This document shows positions 38,400-52,190 of a DNA stretch of 64,000 nt, one piece after another. Positions within the stretch are counted from its first letter, which is position 1. Each line of letters opens with the position of its first letter. The stretch is taken from NCBI RefSeq assembly GCF_009914755.1, contig NC_060930.1. One strand, given 5' to 3'. The stretch is from the human T2T-CHM13v2.0 reference genome, Homo sapiens. Position numbers and translations under genes: made by a program. The notes beneath the pieces are model-generated. The model was not told the origin of the DNA, made no database searches, and saw only the letters and a program-made list of their open reading frames with translations.

Positions 38400-38762
38400 T
38401 TTTGGCCTGTATAATTCTGATACCAAAACCTGAAAAAGACAGTAAAAAAGAAAATTATAGGCCAATGTTCCTAGTGAACATGGACTAAAACATTCTAAAA
38501 AAGAAAATAGTAAATGGAACCCAGTTATGTATAACATGAAAAATGACCAAGTAAGGTTTATTCCTGGAATGCGAGGGTGATTTAATATCTGAAAATTAAT
38601 CAATGTAATTTACCCCCTAACAGAATAAAGGTAAAAACCCATATGATCATCTCAATAGCTGTAAAGAAATATTTGATAAAATTCAACACTCATTTATGAT
38701 AAAAACTCTCAGCAAATTAGAGATTGAAGGGAATTTTCTAAATCTGACAAGGGATATCTATA
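38400..38762 (+). mobile_element. Old L1M ORF2 (RT) fragment
   Basis: ctgataccaaaacc...tttattcctggaatgc...atgatcatctcaatag...aaaactctcagcaaa. Confidence 0.8.
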
Positions 38763-39065
38763 GTTCAGAAGCTGTTGTTACAGGCACTTGGATAGTATTT
38801 TCAAGAAATGTTGGGGAAGGGTGGCCTTGAAGCCTGACTGAAAAGGAGTGAAGAGTTGGGTGACTCAGTATAAACTCCCCCCTTCTTTTTCGACAGCAAG
38901 GCTTGATGATGGGAAAGGAGAAAAAGGGTGATAGTTCCAGAAGAATATTAGGAGGGATGTTTTTTATATTTTATTCATTTTTGTTATTTTGGAAATGGGG
39001 GGAAATTGAACTATTTATCATTCCCTAAATAAACCATGTATTTTTGCTCCCTATGATCTACATGT

Positions 39066-39485
39066 TGTAAAGGTCTGGGTACTGGCATGAAAGAAACACA
39101 GACTTATAGTCTTAAATCTGGAGAAGGCTAAATGTAGGGACTATTTAGAAAGGTGTGGGGAGAGGAGAGGGAAACCAACAAAGAGCATTGAGGCGCATAT
39201 TAGCCAGCAATACAGGAAAGCTGTTACTGCCTCTAGACCTGAATTTGTTACTGGAAACCAGCGAGAGTAGTAGCCATGAGAATTAGGTGACCTGAAAAGA
39301 TAAATACCTTAAACTGTCTTTCTTTTCACCTTCCATTATCCTGCATGTGCCTACCATTGGCTGATCCCAGCAGAAGCTGGTGGATAAGGGAGCCTGGGTA
39401 ATGCAGTTCCTACAGGCCATTCTTCCAGGTTATAAAGAGGTGGGCAGATGAGGAATCTATAGAGGTGAATGAAGAATAACTAGCA
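39066..39485 (-). mobile_element. LTR41-like ERVL LTR inserted in an L2 (39010-39630, +)
   Basis: agggactatttagaaaggtgtgggg...gctgttactgcctctagacctgaa...ccattggctgatcccagcagaagc. Confidence 0.6.
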
Positions 39486-39644
39486 TCATATGTCATTCTC
39501 TAAATATAATGTCCTTCCTTCCTTTTTCTATCTGGCAAAATCCTGATCACCCTCCAAGGCTCAGTTCATGAGTAACCTATGTGGATTCACAGTGCTTCCA
39601 AGCAAAGACCATTGTCTTTCTTCTATTTGCATATATGTGCCTGT

Positions 39645-39823
39645 GACAAAGAATATTTATTGAGTACAAATATGTGATAGACACAGTAATAGCCTGCATT
39701 ATTAACTTCATTTTTTCATATAATATTGTAAACTAGATAGTATACCCATTTTAACAAGTGAAGAAAGCTAGACTTAGCAGGTTAAGTAATTAGTCCAAAC
39801 TTACAGAGCTGGTATTGGCAATT
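39645..39823 (-). mobile_element. MIR (host of the L1MA insertion)
   Basis: atttattgagtac...cccattttaacaagtgaagaaagc...gttaagtaattagtccaa. Confidence 0.7.
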
Positions 39824-41657
39824 ATTTTTACCTTTCTAAAAATTGATACATAACAGTTGTAGATATTTATGGGATACATGTGAAATTTTGGTACATGCAC
39901 ACAATGTGTAATAATTAAATTTAGGTATTTCGGATATTTATCATGTCAAACATTTATCATTTCTTTGTGTTGAGAACATTTCAAACCTTCTCTTTCATTT
40001 ATTTAAAAATATACAATAAATTATTGTTAACTATAATCACCCTACTATGATATAAAAAGCTAGAATTCATTCTGTCTATTTGTACCCATTAACCTACCTC
40101 TCCTCATCCTCCCCACTTCCAAACACACACATTCTTCCCAGCCCCTAGTAGCTATCATTTTACTCTCTATCTCCATGAAATCATCTATTTACCTCTCACA
40201 TATCAGTGAGAACATGCAATATTTGTCTTTCTGTGCCTGGCTTAATTCACTTAAAGCAATGACCTCCAATTCCATCCATGTAGCTGCAAATGGCAGAATT
40301 TCTTTCTTTTTTATGGCCAAATAGTATTCTATTATGTATATATACCCAATTTTCTTCATACATTCATCTGTTAGCAGACACTTAGGTTGATTCCATATCT
40401 TGGCTACTGTGAATAGTGCTGCAATAAACATGGGGATGTAGTTATCTCTTTGATATAATCCTTTCCTTTTCTTTGGAGTAATAATAGTGGGATTGCTCAA
40501 TTTTATGGTAGTTTTACTTTTAGTATTTAAAGAAGCCTCCGTAATATTTCCCATAATGGCTGTACTAATTTACACTGCTACCAACAGTGTAAAAGAGTTC
40601 CCTTTTCTCTGAATCCTCACCAGCATTTTTTATATTTTGTCTTTTTGATAATAACCATTTGAACTGGTGTGAGTTGATAACTCATTGTGATTTTAATTTG
40701 CGTTTCCCTCATGATTCGTGATGTTGAGCATTTTTTCATATACTATTGGTTATTTTTATGTCTTCTTTTGAGAAATGTCAATTCCGATCCTTTGTCCATT
40801 TTTTAATGGATTATTAGCTTCAAAGTTTCATACCTTCAAAACTTCTTTATTGAATCGTTTGAGATCCTTGTATAATATAGATATTAGTTCATTGTTGGAT
40901 GACTAGTTTGCAAATACTTTCTTCTGTTCTACAGGTTGTCTCTTCACTCTGTTGACTGTTTCCTTTGCTGTGCAAGAACCTTTTAGTTTCATGTAGTCCC
41001 ACTTGTCAATTTTTGTTTTTGTTGCCTGTGCTTTTGAAGTCTTAGTCATAATATCTTTACGTAGGCCAGTATCCTAACATTTTCCCCCTATATTTTCTTC
41101 CAGTAGTTTTATAGTTTCTGGTCTTTTTTATAGTAAAAATTTTCTGGTCTACATCTAAGTCTTGAATCCATTTTGAGTTGATTTTTATATGTATATGGTG
41201 AGAGATAGGGGTCTAGCTTCATTTTTCTGCATATGGATATCCAATTTCTCTAGTATCATTTATCAATGATGGTGTCTTTTCCCTAATGTATGTTTTTGGC
41301 ACTTTGTCAAAAGATCTTTTGGCTATAAATATGTGGATTTTTTTCTGGGTTCTCTATTCTGTTTCATTGGTCTATGTGTCTGCTTTCATACAAATATCAT
41401 GTTGTTTCTGTTATTGTAGCCTTGTATATTTTGAAGTCAGGTTATGTGATGTCTCCAGCTTTGTTCTTTTTCCTTAGATTACTTTGTCTATTCAAAGTGT
41501 TACGGTTCTACACAGATTTTAGGATCACTTTTTCTATTTCTGTGAAGAATGTCATTTGATGGAGATTGCATTAAATCTGTGGATCACTTTGAGTAGTAAG
41601 GTAATTTTAACAGTATTCATTCTTCTGATGTATGAAGATAATGTATGTTTTCATTTT
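39824..41657 (-). mobile_element. L1MA4/5-like, 5'-truncated
   Basis: Antisense L1MA 3' end; ORF2 C-terminal peptide 40189-40554; perfect 19-bp TSD agagctggtattggcaatt. Confidence 0.92.
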
Positions 41658-41954
41658 AGAGCTGGTATTGGCAATTTTGAGGAGTTCATGCTGCCTCCAT
41701 CACGCTATGTTCTGGTGCTTTCTATACAGCCTAAATAGAGCACCTACCAATCATGTTTGTTGAAATTTGAGCAAGAAAAGCATTCACATAGCAAACGATC
41801 TCTGGGTGTCACCAGGAAAGCACTTCATCATGGAGATTTCATCAGCAGTAAAGGGTGAGCTCCTCTAACACAAGGGGTTTTGGCTAGGGTTTAGACCTGG
41901 GATCTGTCCCTGTAAAAAACAGAATGACAGCAAAGCATGGAGTCAGAGTTCTAG

Positions 41955-42840
41955 TATATTAGACAGGTATGTTTCTGTTGCCAGTAATTCTATTCAAAGT
42001 GCAGATGGTCCCTGACTTATGATTTTTCAACTGTGTGATGGTGCAAAAGCACACACATTCAGTTGAAACTATATTTAAAGTTCCCACCAACCATTCTGTT
42101 TTTCTCTTTTAGTACAATATTTAATAAATTACATGAGATATTCAACACTGTAATATAAAATAGGCTTTGTGTTAGATAATTTTGTCCAAATGTAGGCTAA
42201 TGTAAGTGCTCTGAACATGGTTAATGTAGGCTAGGCTAAGCTATGATGTCCAGTAGGCTGGGTATATTAAATGTGATCGATTTATAATAAGTTGATCAGG
42301 ATGTAATACTATTGTAAGTCAAAGAACGACTATAATTCAAATCCTACTTAACATAGTTCAAGCAACAAAGAATGTGCTAACCAATATGGCTAGAAAGTCC
42401 AAAGTAAATCTAGCTTTTAAAAGATCAATCTGACTGTTCAAGAGTTCATCCCATACCTTCAAAGCTTCTTTTTCCTCCCTCTTTCTCAGCTTTACTTGTT
42501 TCAGTTTTCCTCATCTTTTGGCTCAATTTTTTCCTACTGACAAGTTCTCTCTATTGCCACTGGCAGGCTTAGATTTACATGGCCCTGTTTTAGCACACTC
42601 AGTTGAAAGAGAACTTGTTTCCAATTTCCATTTATCAATTTAGGGGAAGGGCTCTGTTTGTCTCTGTTTGTTTGTTAAACACTTACTCTAGAGTTAATCA
42701 CCGTGATAGGAAAATTGATCATGGTAATTGGTCACACTTGCATTACACATCCATCACAAGGATGGGAAAGGTAGGAATTGTAGGATGTTAAAAAATAATG
42801 AAATTTAATGAAAAATATGCTACATGACTCCCCAAAATAG
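41955..42840 (-). mobile_element. MLT1J/K-like LTR, split by MER47A
   Basis: tttctgttgccagtaa...agaaagtccaaag...ggggaagggctctg; highly diverged. Confidence 0.5.
42002..42332 (-). mobile_element. MER47A (Tigger-family MITE)
   Basis: cagatggtccctgacttatgat...taggctaggctaagctatgatg...gtaagtcaaagaac. Confidence 0.88.
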
Positions 42841-43224
42841 CTATTGCAATCCTTATCCAATCTTCCTATCAAATCTATATTCACATTAAATGCATTCTTT
42901 TTTTCAAATCGTTCTTTGTTTTTAGTTTGTATTCCAACTTCTCCAGTAAGTTTTTAACCATGAAATAATTAGCATGAGTCTAATCAACAGAACACAAGTA
43001 GAACAATGATATTTTTGCCTTTGTGAAAAATCTTTTTCACCATGCTTAATTCTATACAGATTATCTATATTTACCCATAGCATCACTCTCTTAAAAGCAC
43101 AGGAATCGTTTTATATTTAAAGATGTGTTAAATTAGTCTGAACTTTTTTTTTCAGGGTACTCTCAATCATAAACATGTACCTGACAACCAAAATTACTTT
43201 TCTCTTCTGTCTACTGTATTGATA

Positions 43225-43355
43225 GTTTTTAAACTTTTTGGGTCAATAAGACTTTGATGAAAGCTGGGGACCTACTCCCCAGCATATATAAACATAGCAT
43301 GATTTTAAAAATAGAATCCTGGGGAGCTTATAGATCTCTGAAGCTTATAATTGGA
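43225..43355. mobile_element. hAT-Charlie MITE fragment
   Basis: tgatgaaagctggggacctactccccag. Confidence 0.4.
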
Positions 43356-43469
43356 GGAGAGCAAAGTAGAGGCTCAGATAGTCAGTGCCTTAGCTAAAGA
43401 TTGTGCAGTTTCTTCTGCAGGATTTATTCTGCGAGGCTTGTGAATATTTTAACAGAGGCGAGGCATCGT

Positions 43470-43815
43470 CAAATTTGTACTTTAATGAAATAATTTTGTT
43501 TATAGAGGAGAAATGAATTTGGAGTTATGGGAAGGGCAGGTACCAGAGAGATCAGTAAAGAGATTGATATTAATGTATAGGAGGTCAAATAGGCAAGATT
43601 TACAGTTTATTGGAAGTGAGGGTTAGGGTAGGAGAACTCTAGGATGGAGCTCAAAGTTTCCAGATGGACTGTGGAGGGATTAACTGATAATACAAATACC
43701 GGAGGAGGAGCAACTTTGGGAGTTTATGATAAGCTCTATCAAACTGGTACAACTTAAAGTACACATGGGACAGTTGGATATACAGGGTATATGTTTACGA
43801 TGATAATCTGGAATC
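43470..43815 (-). mobile_element. L2 fragment
   Basis: taggatggagctcaaagtttccag...ggaggaggagcaactttggg...cagttggatatacaggg. Confidence 0.55.
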
Positions 43816-43826
43816 TTCATGTAGAA

Positions 43827-43990
43827 CAGTGGTTCTCAAACCTTAGTATCCATCATAATCATTTAGAGAGCTTGTGAAAACAGATTGCTGGGACCCACCC
43901 CCACAGTTTCATTCAGTCAGTCTGAAGAATATGCATTTCTAACAATTTCCCAGGTGATGTGGATGCTGCTGATCACACTGAGAAGCAATA
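43827..43990 (+). mobile_element. MER5A
   Basis: cagtggttctcaaacc...aaaacagattgctggg...gcatttctaacaatttcccaggtgatg. Confidence 0.88.
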
Positions 43991-44004
43991 ATGCAGATTT
44001 CTAT

Positions 44005-44403
44005 TCTTTTGGGTTTCTGTCCAATTCTTGCTCTTCTTGTAACAGTTTCCTTTCCAATCCCCCAACTTTCTTTGGGAAATTCCTCCTCTCTTACTCCAAC
44101 CATTCTGTTCTTGTTTGTCTGCATATATGTATTCATGTGCGACTACACATGGAGAAAACATTGGCGTAGAAGAGGATGAAGCCATCACATAAAAAGAAAT
44201 TTGAAACAAGGAAGTAAAGGAAGAGAGAAACGAATAAAAATGAAAACAAGAAAAAGAGAGACATGATGATCTTTGTATCTCAGTCATCTCTGAAGCTGGC
44301 ACTAGCTCTTCCCTTTCCAATTACTTGAGCAATACATTCTCTTCCTTTCTTAAGCTGGATAGAATATGTCCTTGTCACTTTCAAAATAAAAAGTCCTAAT
44401 ACA
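44005..44403 (+). mobile_element. MLT1J/K-like LTR
   Basis: cttaagctggatagaa...tgtcactttcaa...gtcctaataca terminus. Confidence 0.55.
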
Positions 44404-44699
44404 TCATGTTTTTAATTTGTTTAAAAGACTTTTTAAGATCCTGGTTTCTCCTTGTTACGGCTACTTTAAAGCAAGTTGATAAATGTTCTTTCTCTAAAAA
44501 AATCTGGTAATAGTCACATATTCCCAAACCAAAATAAAATCAATGTAATCTGAATTTTATTTGCATACATTAATTTATGTTCTTCTTGCTACAATATGTG
44601 ATGTGGACCATGGCTGAGTATAAGGCATTTTCTTGACTTGATTATTCTAACATAAACACCAATCTAGTTAGAAACATAGATGTTGTTAGAATTTGCCAT

Positions 44700-45090
44700 A
44701 GTATATGTGCTGGCATGGGCAGTGTTTAATAGTTTCTCCTCTGACGGTGGTGCTGTTATTGTTATTGATTTTTCAGGGAGACATTCAGGTCTCTATCTTG
44801 TAGTATTTTGCAAGCAGCACTGATTAACATGTACAGCTGCTCTTACCATATTTTCTTGTAGTACAATGAAATTAATGGGAAGGAGACCACCTGAGGCACA
44901 TTAACTAATAGTTAAGAGAAAAATTTTAACCTATTTGCCCTCCCCATTTCTCCAACTGGATAGATAATAGGTTTCCATTAATAAAATTTACTGTGCTGCA
45001 ATGTCATATGCAATGTGAATTACCTTCCTGTCGGGAACCCGGAAAGCTTAGCATAACATGCAAAACTCCCAAATAGCACCAGATTTTGTT
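44700..45090. promoter_or_regulatory. Candidate conserved non-coding enhancer
   Basis: Repeat-free; TAAT clusters, E-boxes (CAGCTG, CACCTG, CATATG), TGTCA, ETS-like CCGGAA. Confidence 0.35.
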
Positions 45091-46464
45091 CTTTTTTTTT
45101 TTTTCCCTGAATTCTATCTCTGGTATGCCTTGTATATGTGGAGAGATTTTAAATCACCTGGTTTTCTGTTGTAAAAGGAAAACATTCAGATTGATGATGA
45201 TCTGAAAATATTTCCCTGCTCCTTAAATTACTGACTGTGTGATACGGTTAATCATTCTCTTTACTGTTTATGGTCTCCCCAGTGTCTCAGTGACAGTTAA
45301 AAAAGAAAGATGGATGCTCAATATTCATCTTGTTCAGACATAACATTTCTAATGCTAAGAAAAAAGTAGAATATTACCTTTTGATGAGACCTACTATTCA
45401 AGTGACAAACAGTACCTTAACAATGTACTATTACTAAATGAAGATAATAAATTACATTTCACTTATTCTCAAGATATCATACTAAACAGAAGCTTTGGAG
45501 GGAGGGTTATTTTATATCCACAGTGAAAAACAAATCAAGGATTAGGTATAAACCCTGTAGCTGTTATTCTCTAGTTACTTTATTAAATTACAGATGCTTG
45601 AAGCTCTACCAGGCCTATTTAATTTGTGCCCCTGGCTTCTCTTTAGGAGTGAGGACAGATAGTGCACTTTTCCATGATGTAGCATGAACAGGACCTTATT
45701 TCATTTGTTAGTTGAGTAGAACTTAAACGGAGTTTTTTGGAAATATAAAACAGAGTTTCCCACTGAGCTAACCTCATTTTCTAGAGTTCTAGCATTGCCC
45801 TCGCCATATGTTCCATTGCATTATGACAAAGATATCCAACTGTTGAGGTTATTTATGTTTCTAGCAAATAGATGCTAGTTGTGTTTTAAAAATTATCTAT
45901 AAGCAAGTTAAATTTTTCAATGATGCAATTATCAGTACTAATTTAAAACAGCCTTTCGTTACCTAAATTTAAGTAGAAGAAATGGGAGGTATAAAAGAGA
46001 AGGATGGGAAGGGCACTAAGGGAAGGCTAGAAACGTAGATTGGAAGCAGAATATAAATTCTAGGCTAAGGAATTTGGAATCAATTCCAATACTGTGGAGG
46101 ACTCCATAGAGCAGTTGGCCTGGGTCTCTATGTATCATTGCAAATTGACACTTAAGCCATAAGTGAAGGTTTCTTTGAGAACCCCACTGCCAGCAACATT
46201 ACAAGGCCTCACCCCTGATGTGAGAGTTGGAGTTTCCTCCAATTCAGCCAGAAGATTACTTCATTTCATATCCCATGTTTTCATTCAAATAGCCCCTCCT
46301 TCCATCCTCCTGCCAACCTCTCTCTGGTACATACAGAAATTGCTACTGTAAGCCAGCTTTCTCATGCAGAGGCTCTCATAATTTTTCTCATAAATATAAT
46401 ATACCAAAGCAACATACCTACTTTTTAAATATTGTGTATGTGCAAAATGTACATGACGAAATGT

Positions 46465-46700
46465 GTAAGCCCAGTGCTTAGGAGCAGGAGTTCTAAAGTC
46501 CGAATGCTTTGGTTCAATTTCATATTCTGATAATTACTTGCGGTGTGACCTTGAGAAAATTATTTGAACTCTCTCAGTCTTTGTAAAAGGAGGATAATAT
46601 GTGGGCCCCATAGAGTTATTTTAAGAAGTCAGTAAGTTATTACTCATAAAACACTTCAATAGTGCATAATAAAAAGTAATACTCAATACATTTGTAAAAT
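46465..46700 (+). mobile_element. MIR
   Basis: gtgtgaccttgagaaaattatttgaactctctcag. Confidence 0.7.
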
Positions 46701-46744
46701 ATTTCTATAGGTTTTGGGCTGATTAAAGTCCTAGTCAGATAATG

Positions 46745-47385
46745 TGAAAAAAACAAGGTCTTGTAATCAATCAAATGTGGTTTCAAATTTTGGTTCTGCT
46801 GATACCAGTCAGGTAAACTTAGGCTTCTCTGAGCCTGTCTCCATATCATAAGGTTGCTCATAGGCACATTTTGGCTTCAAGTAATAGACCACACAATTGT
46901 AAATCACAAGTTAGGAAAGATATTACCTCATTTAATGAACAGCCCAGAGGGATGGAGGTACAGCATATCACTCTGACTCTCATTCAGCCCTTTTTTTTGT
47001 CTACGTTCTACTTAATTTGGCTCTGCTTATGGTGCCAAATTGGTGGCTGGGGCTACCCGGGCAAGATGCTCTCTAAGAGAGAATCTTAGCTAATGGTGAA
47101 ATACCAGTTCTTCCCTTTACTCTTATGAATCATTTTAGGATTTACAATTACCCTTACACCAATAACAATAGCCAGACAAATCTGAAGCTGACCAGCACAG
47201 ACTAATTAGAATTGTCCTTTGTGGCGGCACGGGGAGGGGTTGGGGTAACCTGAATAAAATCAGGGCTCTATTTGGAAAGAGGAAGGAGGAAATGAATATT
47301 GCATGGTCATCCAAGTATGTCCACCACAATTTGTTTTGAATATTAAATGAGATAATGCAGTAAAATATTTAGCATGGTATCCAGC
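46745..47385 (+). mobile_element. MIR split by an old MLT1-like LTR (about 46860-47325)
   Basis: cttctctgagcctgtctccatatc ... attaaatgagataatgc; insert begins ttttggcttcaagtaatagacc. Confidence 0.45.
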
Positions 47386-47449
47386 TGTTGCACCAAAATG
47401 CTAATTCCTCTTTTCTCTCTGTTGCAAGTTCCTGATTGATAAATACTTT

Positions 47450-48830
47450 TTAAAATTAAACTGAGGATTTATCTGGCGCTGGTGATGGGTTAGTCAAGAA
47501 AATGAGGGGGGCACGAAGCTAGAAGAAGAGAGGATAAGTTAGAGCAAATTAAGGGGTTATTATAATAGTTCAGATAAGAAGTAATAAACCCCTGAGCCAC
47601 AGTGGTAACAATTAAACTGGAAGACAGTGATAAATGTGAAAATATTATGGAGCTAGAATTTATAAGGACTGTTGACTGATTGGCGGTAGGAGGTGGTAGG
47701 AGAGGAAGTACCTCTAAGATTCGGATCACGTTGCCAGGGAGAATGTCAATATCTTTAATGCAGAGTTGAGAAGGGCTGGTTTGGGAGGAGTGGGATGTCT
47801 TTGGTTTGTGGGATGTTTTGAATTCAAGGGTGTGGTGGAATACTCAGGCATGTAAATCATAAGATTCTTAATTCAGCATGGAGACACTGTACCTTTTGGG
47901 TCATTCAGATAGAGGTGTTAGATTTGGTGAAATTTTAGGAAGGATTGTGTATGTCAAATAGGAGACAGTCAAAAAAAGAAACTTTAAAAGCAGCTAAATT
48001 TGTAGGTAGAAGAGAAAGAGGGATCAGTCAAAGATACACAGATATAGCACAATGATAGTGGCTGTGGAATAAATTATTTTAAGCAAATAAGGGATCCAAC
48101 AGTGTTAAGTGGTGCAGATGTTTCAAGGAGCTTAAAAATAGAGAAAAGACACAGAGCTTTGTGATTAGAAGGTCACGTAACAGTTCAATAACATCAGTAG
48201 TCAAAGTAAACAAATTTGGGGTTATTAAGAAAAGACTGCAGGAATAGCTATTCTTTCAAAAATTTGGTGGTAAAGGGAGAGGCATAGGGTGGTAAGGAGA
48301 TCATGCAGCAAGGGTGAGAGACTCTTGTTTTCATTCAGATTCAGAAAGAACTGAGAATATTTGTTGGAGAAGAAGCACAATCAGTATGAGAAAAAGTGAA
48401 AATATAAGAAAGTAAGAGAGGCAATGATAAAACATCTTACTTTTATGAATCCATTTTTCAAAGGTAAAGCCTGAATTGTGGGATGTTAAGTAGCTTGCAC
48501 AGCATTGCACAGCTAAAAAGTGACAGGGCCAGGAGATGAGTCCATGGATGATAACAAACTCTATACTCCCTGCTGTACTGCAATGCAAGCTCCTGGAATA
48601 TAGGAAGGTGAGGGGGTCAGAAGTACCAGCGAAGAGAGAGATTCACTTTGGCAAAGGGGAAGGAGAATTCTTTCTCAAATCCAGCACAAAGGAAGGGAGA
48701 AAATAAAGGTGGGGAAAACGTTGAAATGGAGGAGGAAATCGAAAAGTACAGATGGGAGAGCCTTAATTTGCTCATCAGAGCCCACTCTTCAGAACACAAG
48801 AGGCAGGATTTCTCAGACTTAAGAAAATAG
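47450..48830 (-). mobile_element. L2 with an inserted MIR (48440-48595, -)
   Basis: aatagttcagataagaag; ccaacagtgttaagtggtgcag; ttctttcaaaaatttggtggtaaaggg. Confidence 0.7.
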
Positions 48831-50744
48831 AAACATTTTTGAATATATATGCATAGCTTTCACCACCTTTCACCACCCATTAGGCTCAATTTAACATTGT
48901 TACATGTGAAGTTTTTCTTTTAATAAACAAAGCTTTGTTTTATATCTTCAGAAAGAATTTGAAATCCATAAGAAAGGCATGCAATGTAAAAGTTATAAAT
49001 ATTGATAGAGTAAATGATCAGGCCTATTAAAATTTGAAGTTGGTAAATCGTTGTATACATGGCTTATCATAAATTACCAGTGGTATGAAGGGATACTATG
49101 ATAATTGCTGCCTTTTTTATACTTCCTTTTACCTGAGAACCCTACTTAGTCAGCTGGGCATTTTGCATCATTGCCTAAGGGAAGAAAAAGCCAGCCAAAA
49201 GCAGGGAAAACAAGAGGTTAATTCTTAATTTTTGAGGTTTCAAAAGTTTAGGACTCAAAAAGTGAATATAAAATTTGGATAATACAAAATGCTCAAAGTG
49301 ATGTAAAGAATAGTAACATTTTGCCCCACCTGTCTGCCACCAGGGTTACCTGCCAGATTAGGTGACCATTTCTTTGACACAGGTAGAGGAGGAGGGACGA
49401 AAGAGGAATCAGGAGTGAGTAGATGCTGTGGTCCCTAAGAAACTAGGATCTGTGGATGTAATGGGAACAAACCCACAGAGGTCTGAAGATCAAAGAGCAG
49501 AGGACACTTTTCATGGACCTTCATTTTTTGGAGAGGAAATTCAGGCTTAGTATACACAGACACAGAAATAGATATCTGAACAGTGTATCTAGACAGATCA
49601 ACCTACAATTGACTTAGAGTTAGTTTCTTGCACTCCTCTGGGGTGTGAGAAAAGTAGAGTGATTCCTGCATGCAGGAAAGCTGCACAGAAAAGGGAAATG
49701 TTCATGGGAGACTCAACTGAGTTTCCCACGGTCTCAGCCAGAGAGGAATTGCAGGAGTTAAACAAGAGGGAGAGAACCAGTCCTGAAGAAGACTGAACAC
49801 AAGGGATGATTCTGGCATGAATAAACAATGAGTCTGGACAGAAGTGCCTACCTTCCTTCCTCCGATAGTTTAGTACTAACTGAATGGCTCAGCCACCACT
49901 CCCCTTGTGAATATTGGTGAATATACACACAGTAACATACTCGCTTATGAGTAACTCACACAATAACAACAAATTTATAATTTTCATAAGAATTTGATTT
50001 GGTAAGAATTTATATTTCATTTTAACTCAAATGTCTAGTGCTACCTTGAAATTCAACAACATTATAATACCTTGTTAGCAAACGAGTTCCTAACATACTG
50101 TTATTTGCCATACAATGTCTTAAACAGTGTAGAAAAATCCTCAGATACATAGATGAACTAGTGTATTTTTAATCAATAAGTGAAAACTGTATAAAGTTCT
50201 TCTAAGGGCTTTACTTAAAAATCAATTGTAATCAAGATAGAGGGAGGGTGTACTTAACAGAATCTTTTATCACCTACCATTTTTTATTGTTTTTTGAAAC
50301 TGTTCACGTGGGTAATTATTTTATTTCCCAAGAGAACTGTGCTTTGTCCAGGGGAAAGTTTGGGTCCTACACAGCAGTCTAAGTAAACAAAATAACTGCA
50401 TTCAAGGGGAGCTTGAATAGGAGATGCTGAAACCCCCAAGTTTGCCCAAGTTAACACTGACAAAAGGAAAACATGAATGGCTTTAAAGATGGGAGGAAAG
50501 TTTGGAACAGGAGAGCAATGCAGTAGGGAAGTTTGCAAAAGGTTTGCAAAGTTTTGGAGGAATATTCATGGTGGAGAGTCTCCCTTAGGTAGTACTCCCT
50601 GCAGAATGGAGAGATGGCCCAATGGGCAGGGTATTAGCACACTTATGGTTCAGACCCAAGAGAGCATGGGGTTACAGATCTCAAAGGTTTCCATTAAAAA
50701 GGATTTTTTATTGGAATAAAACAACTGGACTTTACATACAAATT

Positions 50745-50960
50745 AATCTAGTATGGTAGAAAGAGCTCAATATTTGGAGGGAGAAGGGCACTGTTTGAAT
50801 ACCGACCCAGTGAAAACAGATTTTTGGACTATTTTCCTGATCTGTAAAATGAAGAAATTATACATTTTCTACCTTGTAGCATTACTTTGATGATCGTTAA
50901 TCGAATAAGAATATATGAGACAATATTTTTGTAGTGTTATAGAGTTCATTGTATAGTGTA
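50745..50960 (+). mobile_element. MIR
   Basis: agtatggtagaaagagc...ttttcctgatctgtaaaatg. Confidence 0.55.
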
Positions 50961-51126
50961 TAAAGTCTATTGTACCAAGTGTTATACAAATATTAATTAT
51001 AATTATTTTTGAAGTTGCAATTTTAAAACTTTTCTAACTGCCTTAAAAATGAAATGTAAGAAAAAGTGTACGTGTGTATGTATATATGTGTGAATAACAG
51101 ATAACTATTTATAAATCAATTATCCA

Positions 51127-51429
<303 letters not shown>

Positions 51430-51689
51430 TTATCCAAACATGTTATTTTATTAATCTTTATCCCTTTATGAGAGGAGAGGCTAGTGAAAGGAGGATCCCC
51501 AAATTCCTGGAACTGACCCACAGGCCCACCAGACCCAGGGGCTACCCATACTTTCATCCTTGTCTCCTCCCACTCCTAGGAGCCCTTCAGCTGATAATCA
51601 GCTGGGGACTTATACCCCTTTCCCTCACAATTCAGTATCCTTTTTCCTGCCCCCATGCCTTAGCATTCGCTTTCTTTTTGCCTTGAGTG

Positions 51690-52190
51690 CTTCTCTCTGG
51701 ATTTGTATTCATTCTCGAAGACCTGCTCAGGCATCACCTCCTCTGCAAAGCCTTTCCTCATCACCGTTGTATTTTCCTATTACCTATAATGACTTCACTT
51801 ATGCTCAATTTTTCTGTCTGAGAAAAATGGAGTCTCCTCTGGGATGCTTTTCTGGCTCTCTTTAGGGTCTGGGCCAGAGCTCCTCAGGGACAGAAATTGC
51901 ACCTAAATGCTTTTTTGTTTGCTTGTTTGTTTTGTTTTGCTTTGCTTTTATTTTATTTTATTTTTTTATATATATTTTTATTACACTTTAAGTTCTAGGG
52001 TACATGTACACAACATGAAGGTTTGTTACATATGTATACATGTGCAATGTTGGTGTGCTGCACCCATTAACTCGTCTCTTTACCAGAACATCAGCACCAG
52101 GAAAGGGAGGACTTGGTTTTTATTTATTGCTGTATCCTGGGAACAGCAATGCCTGGTATATTGTAGGTGCTCAATAAATATTGATTATGT
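51690..52190 (+). mobile_element. L2 3' end, interrupted by an L1PA stub
   Basis: catcacctcctctgcaaagcctttcct; gtaggtgctcaataaatattg. Confidence 0.7.
51911..52076 (-). mobile_element. L1PA4/5 3' stub with degenerate T-rich tail
   Basis: actttaagttctagggtacatg...gctgcacccattaactcgtc. Confidence 0.9.

Noticed and set aside
36418-40554. RT-associated ORF fragments that might suggest an active retroelement
   Set aside because: They are frameshifted, stop-ridden ORF2 pieces of 5'-truncated L1s with no promoter or ORF1
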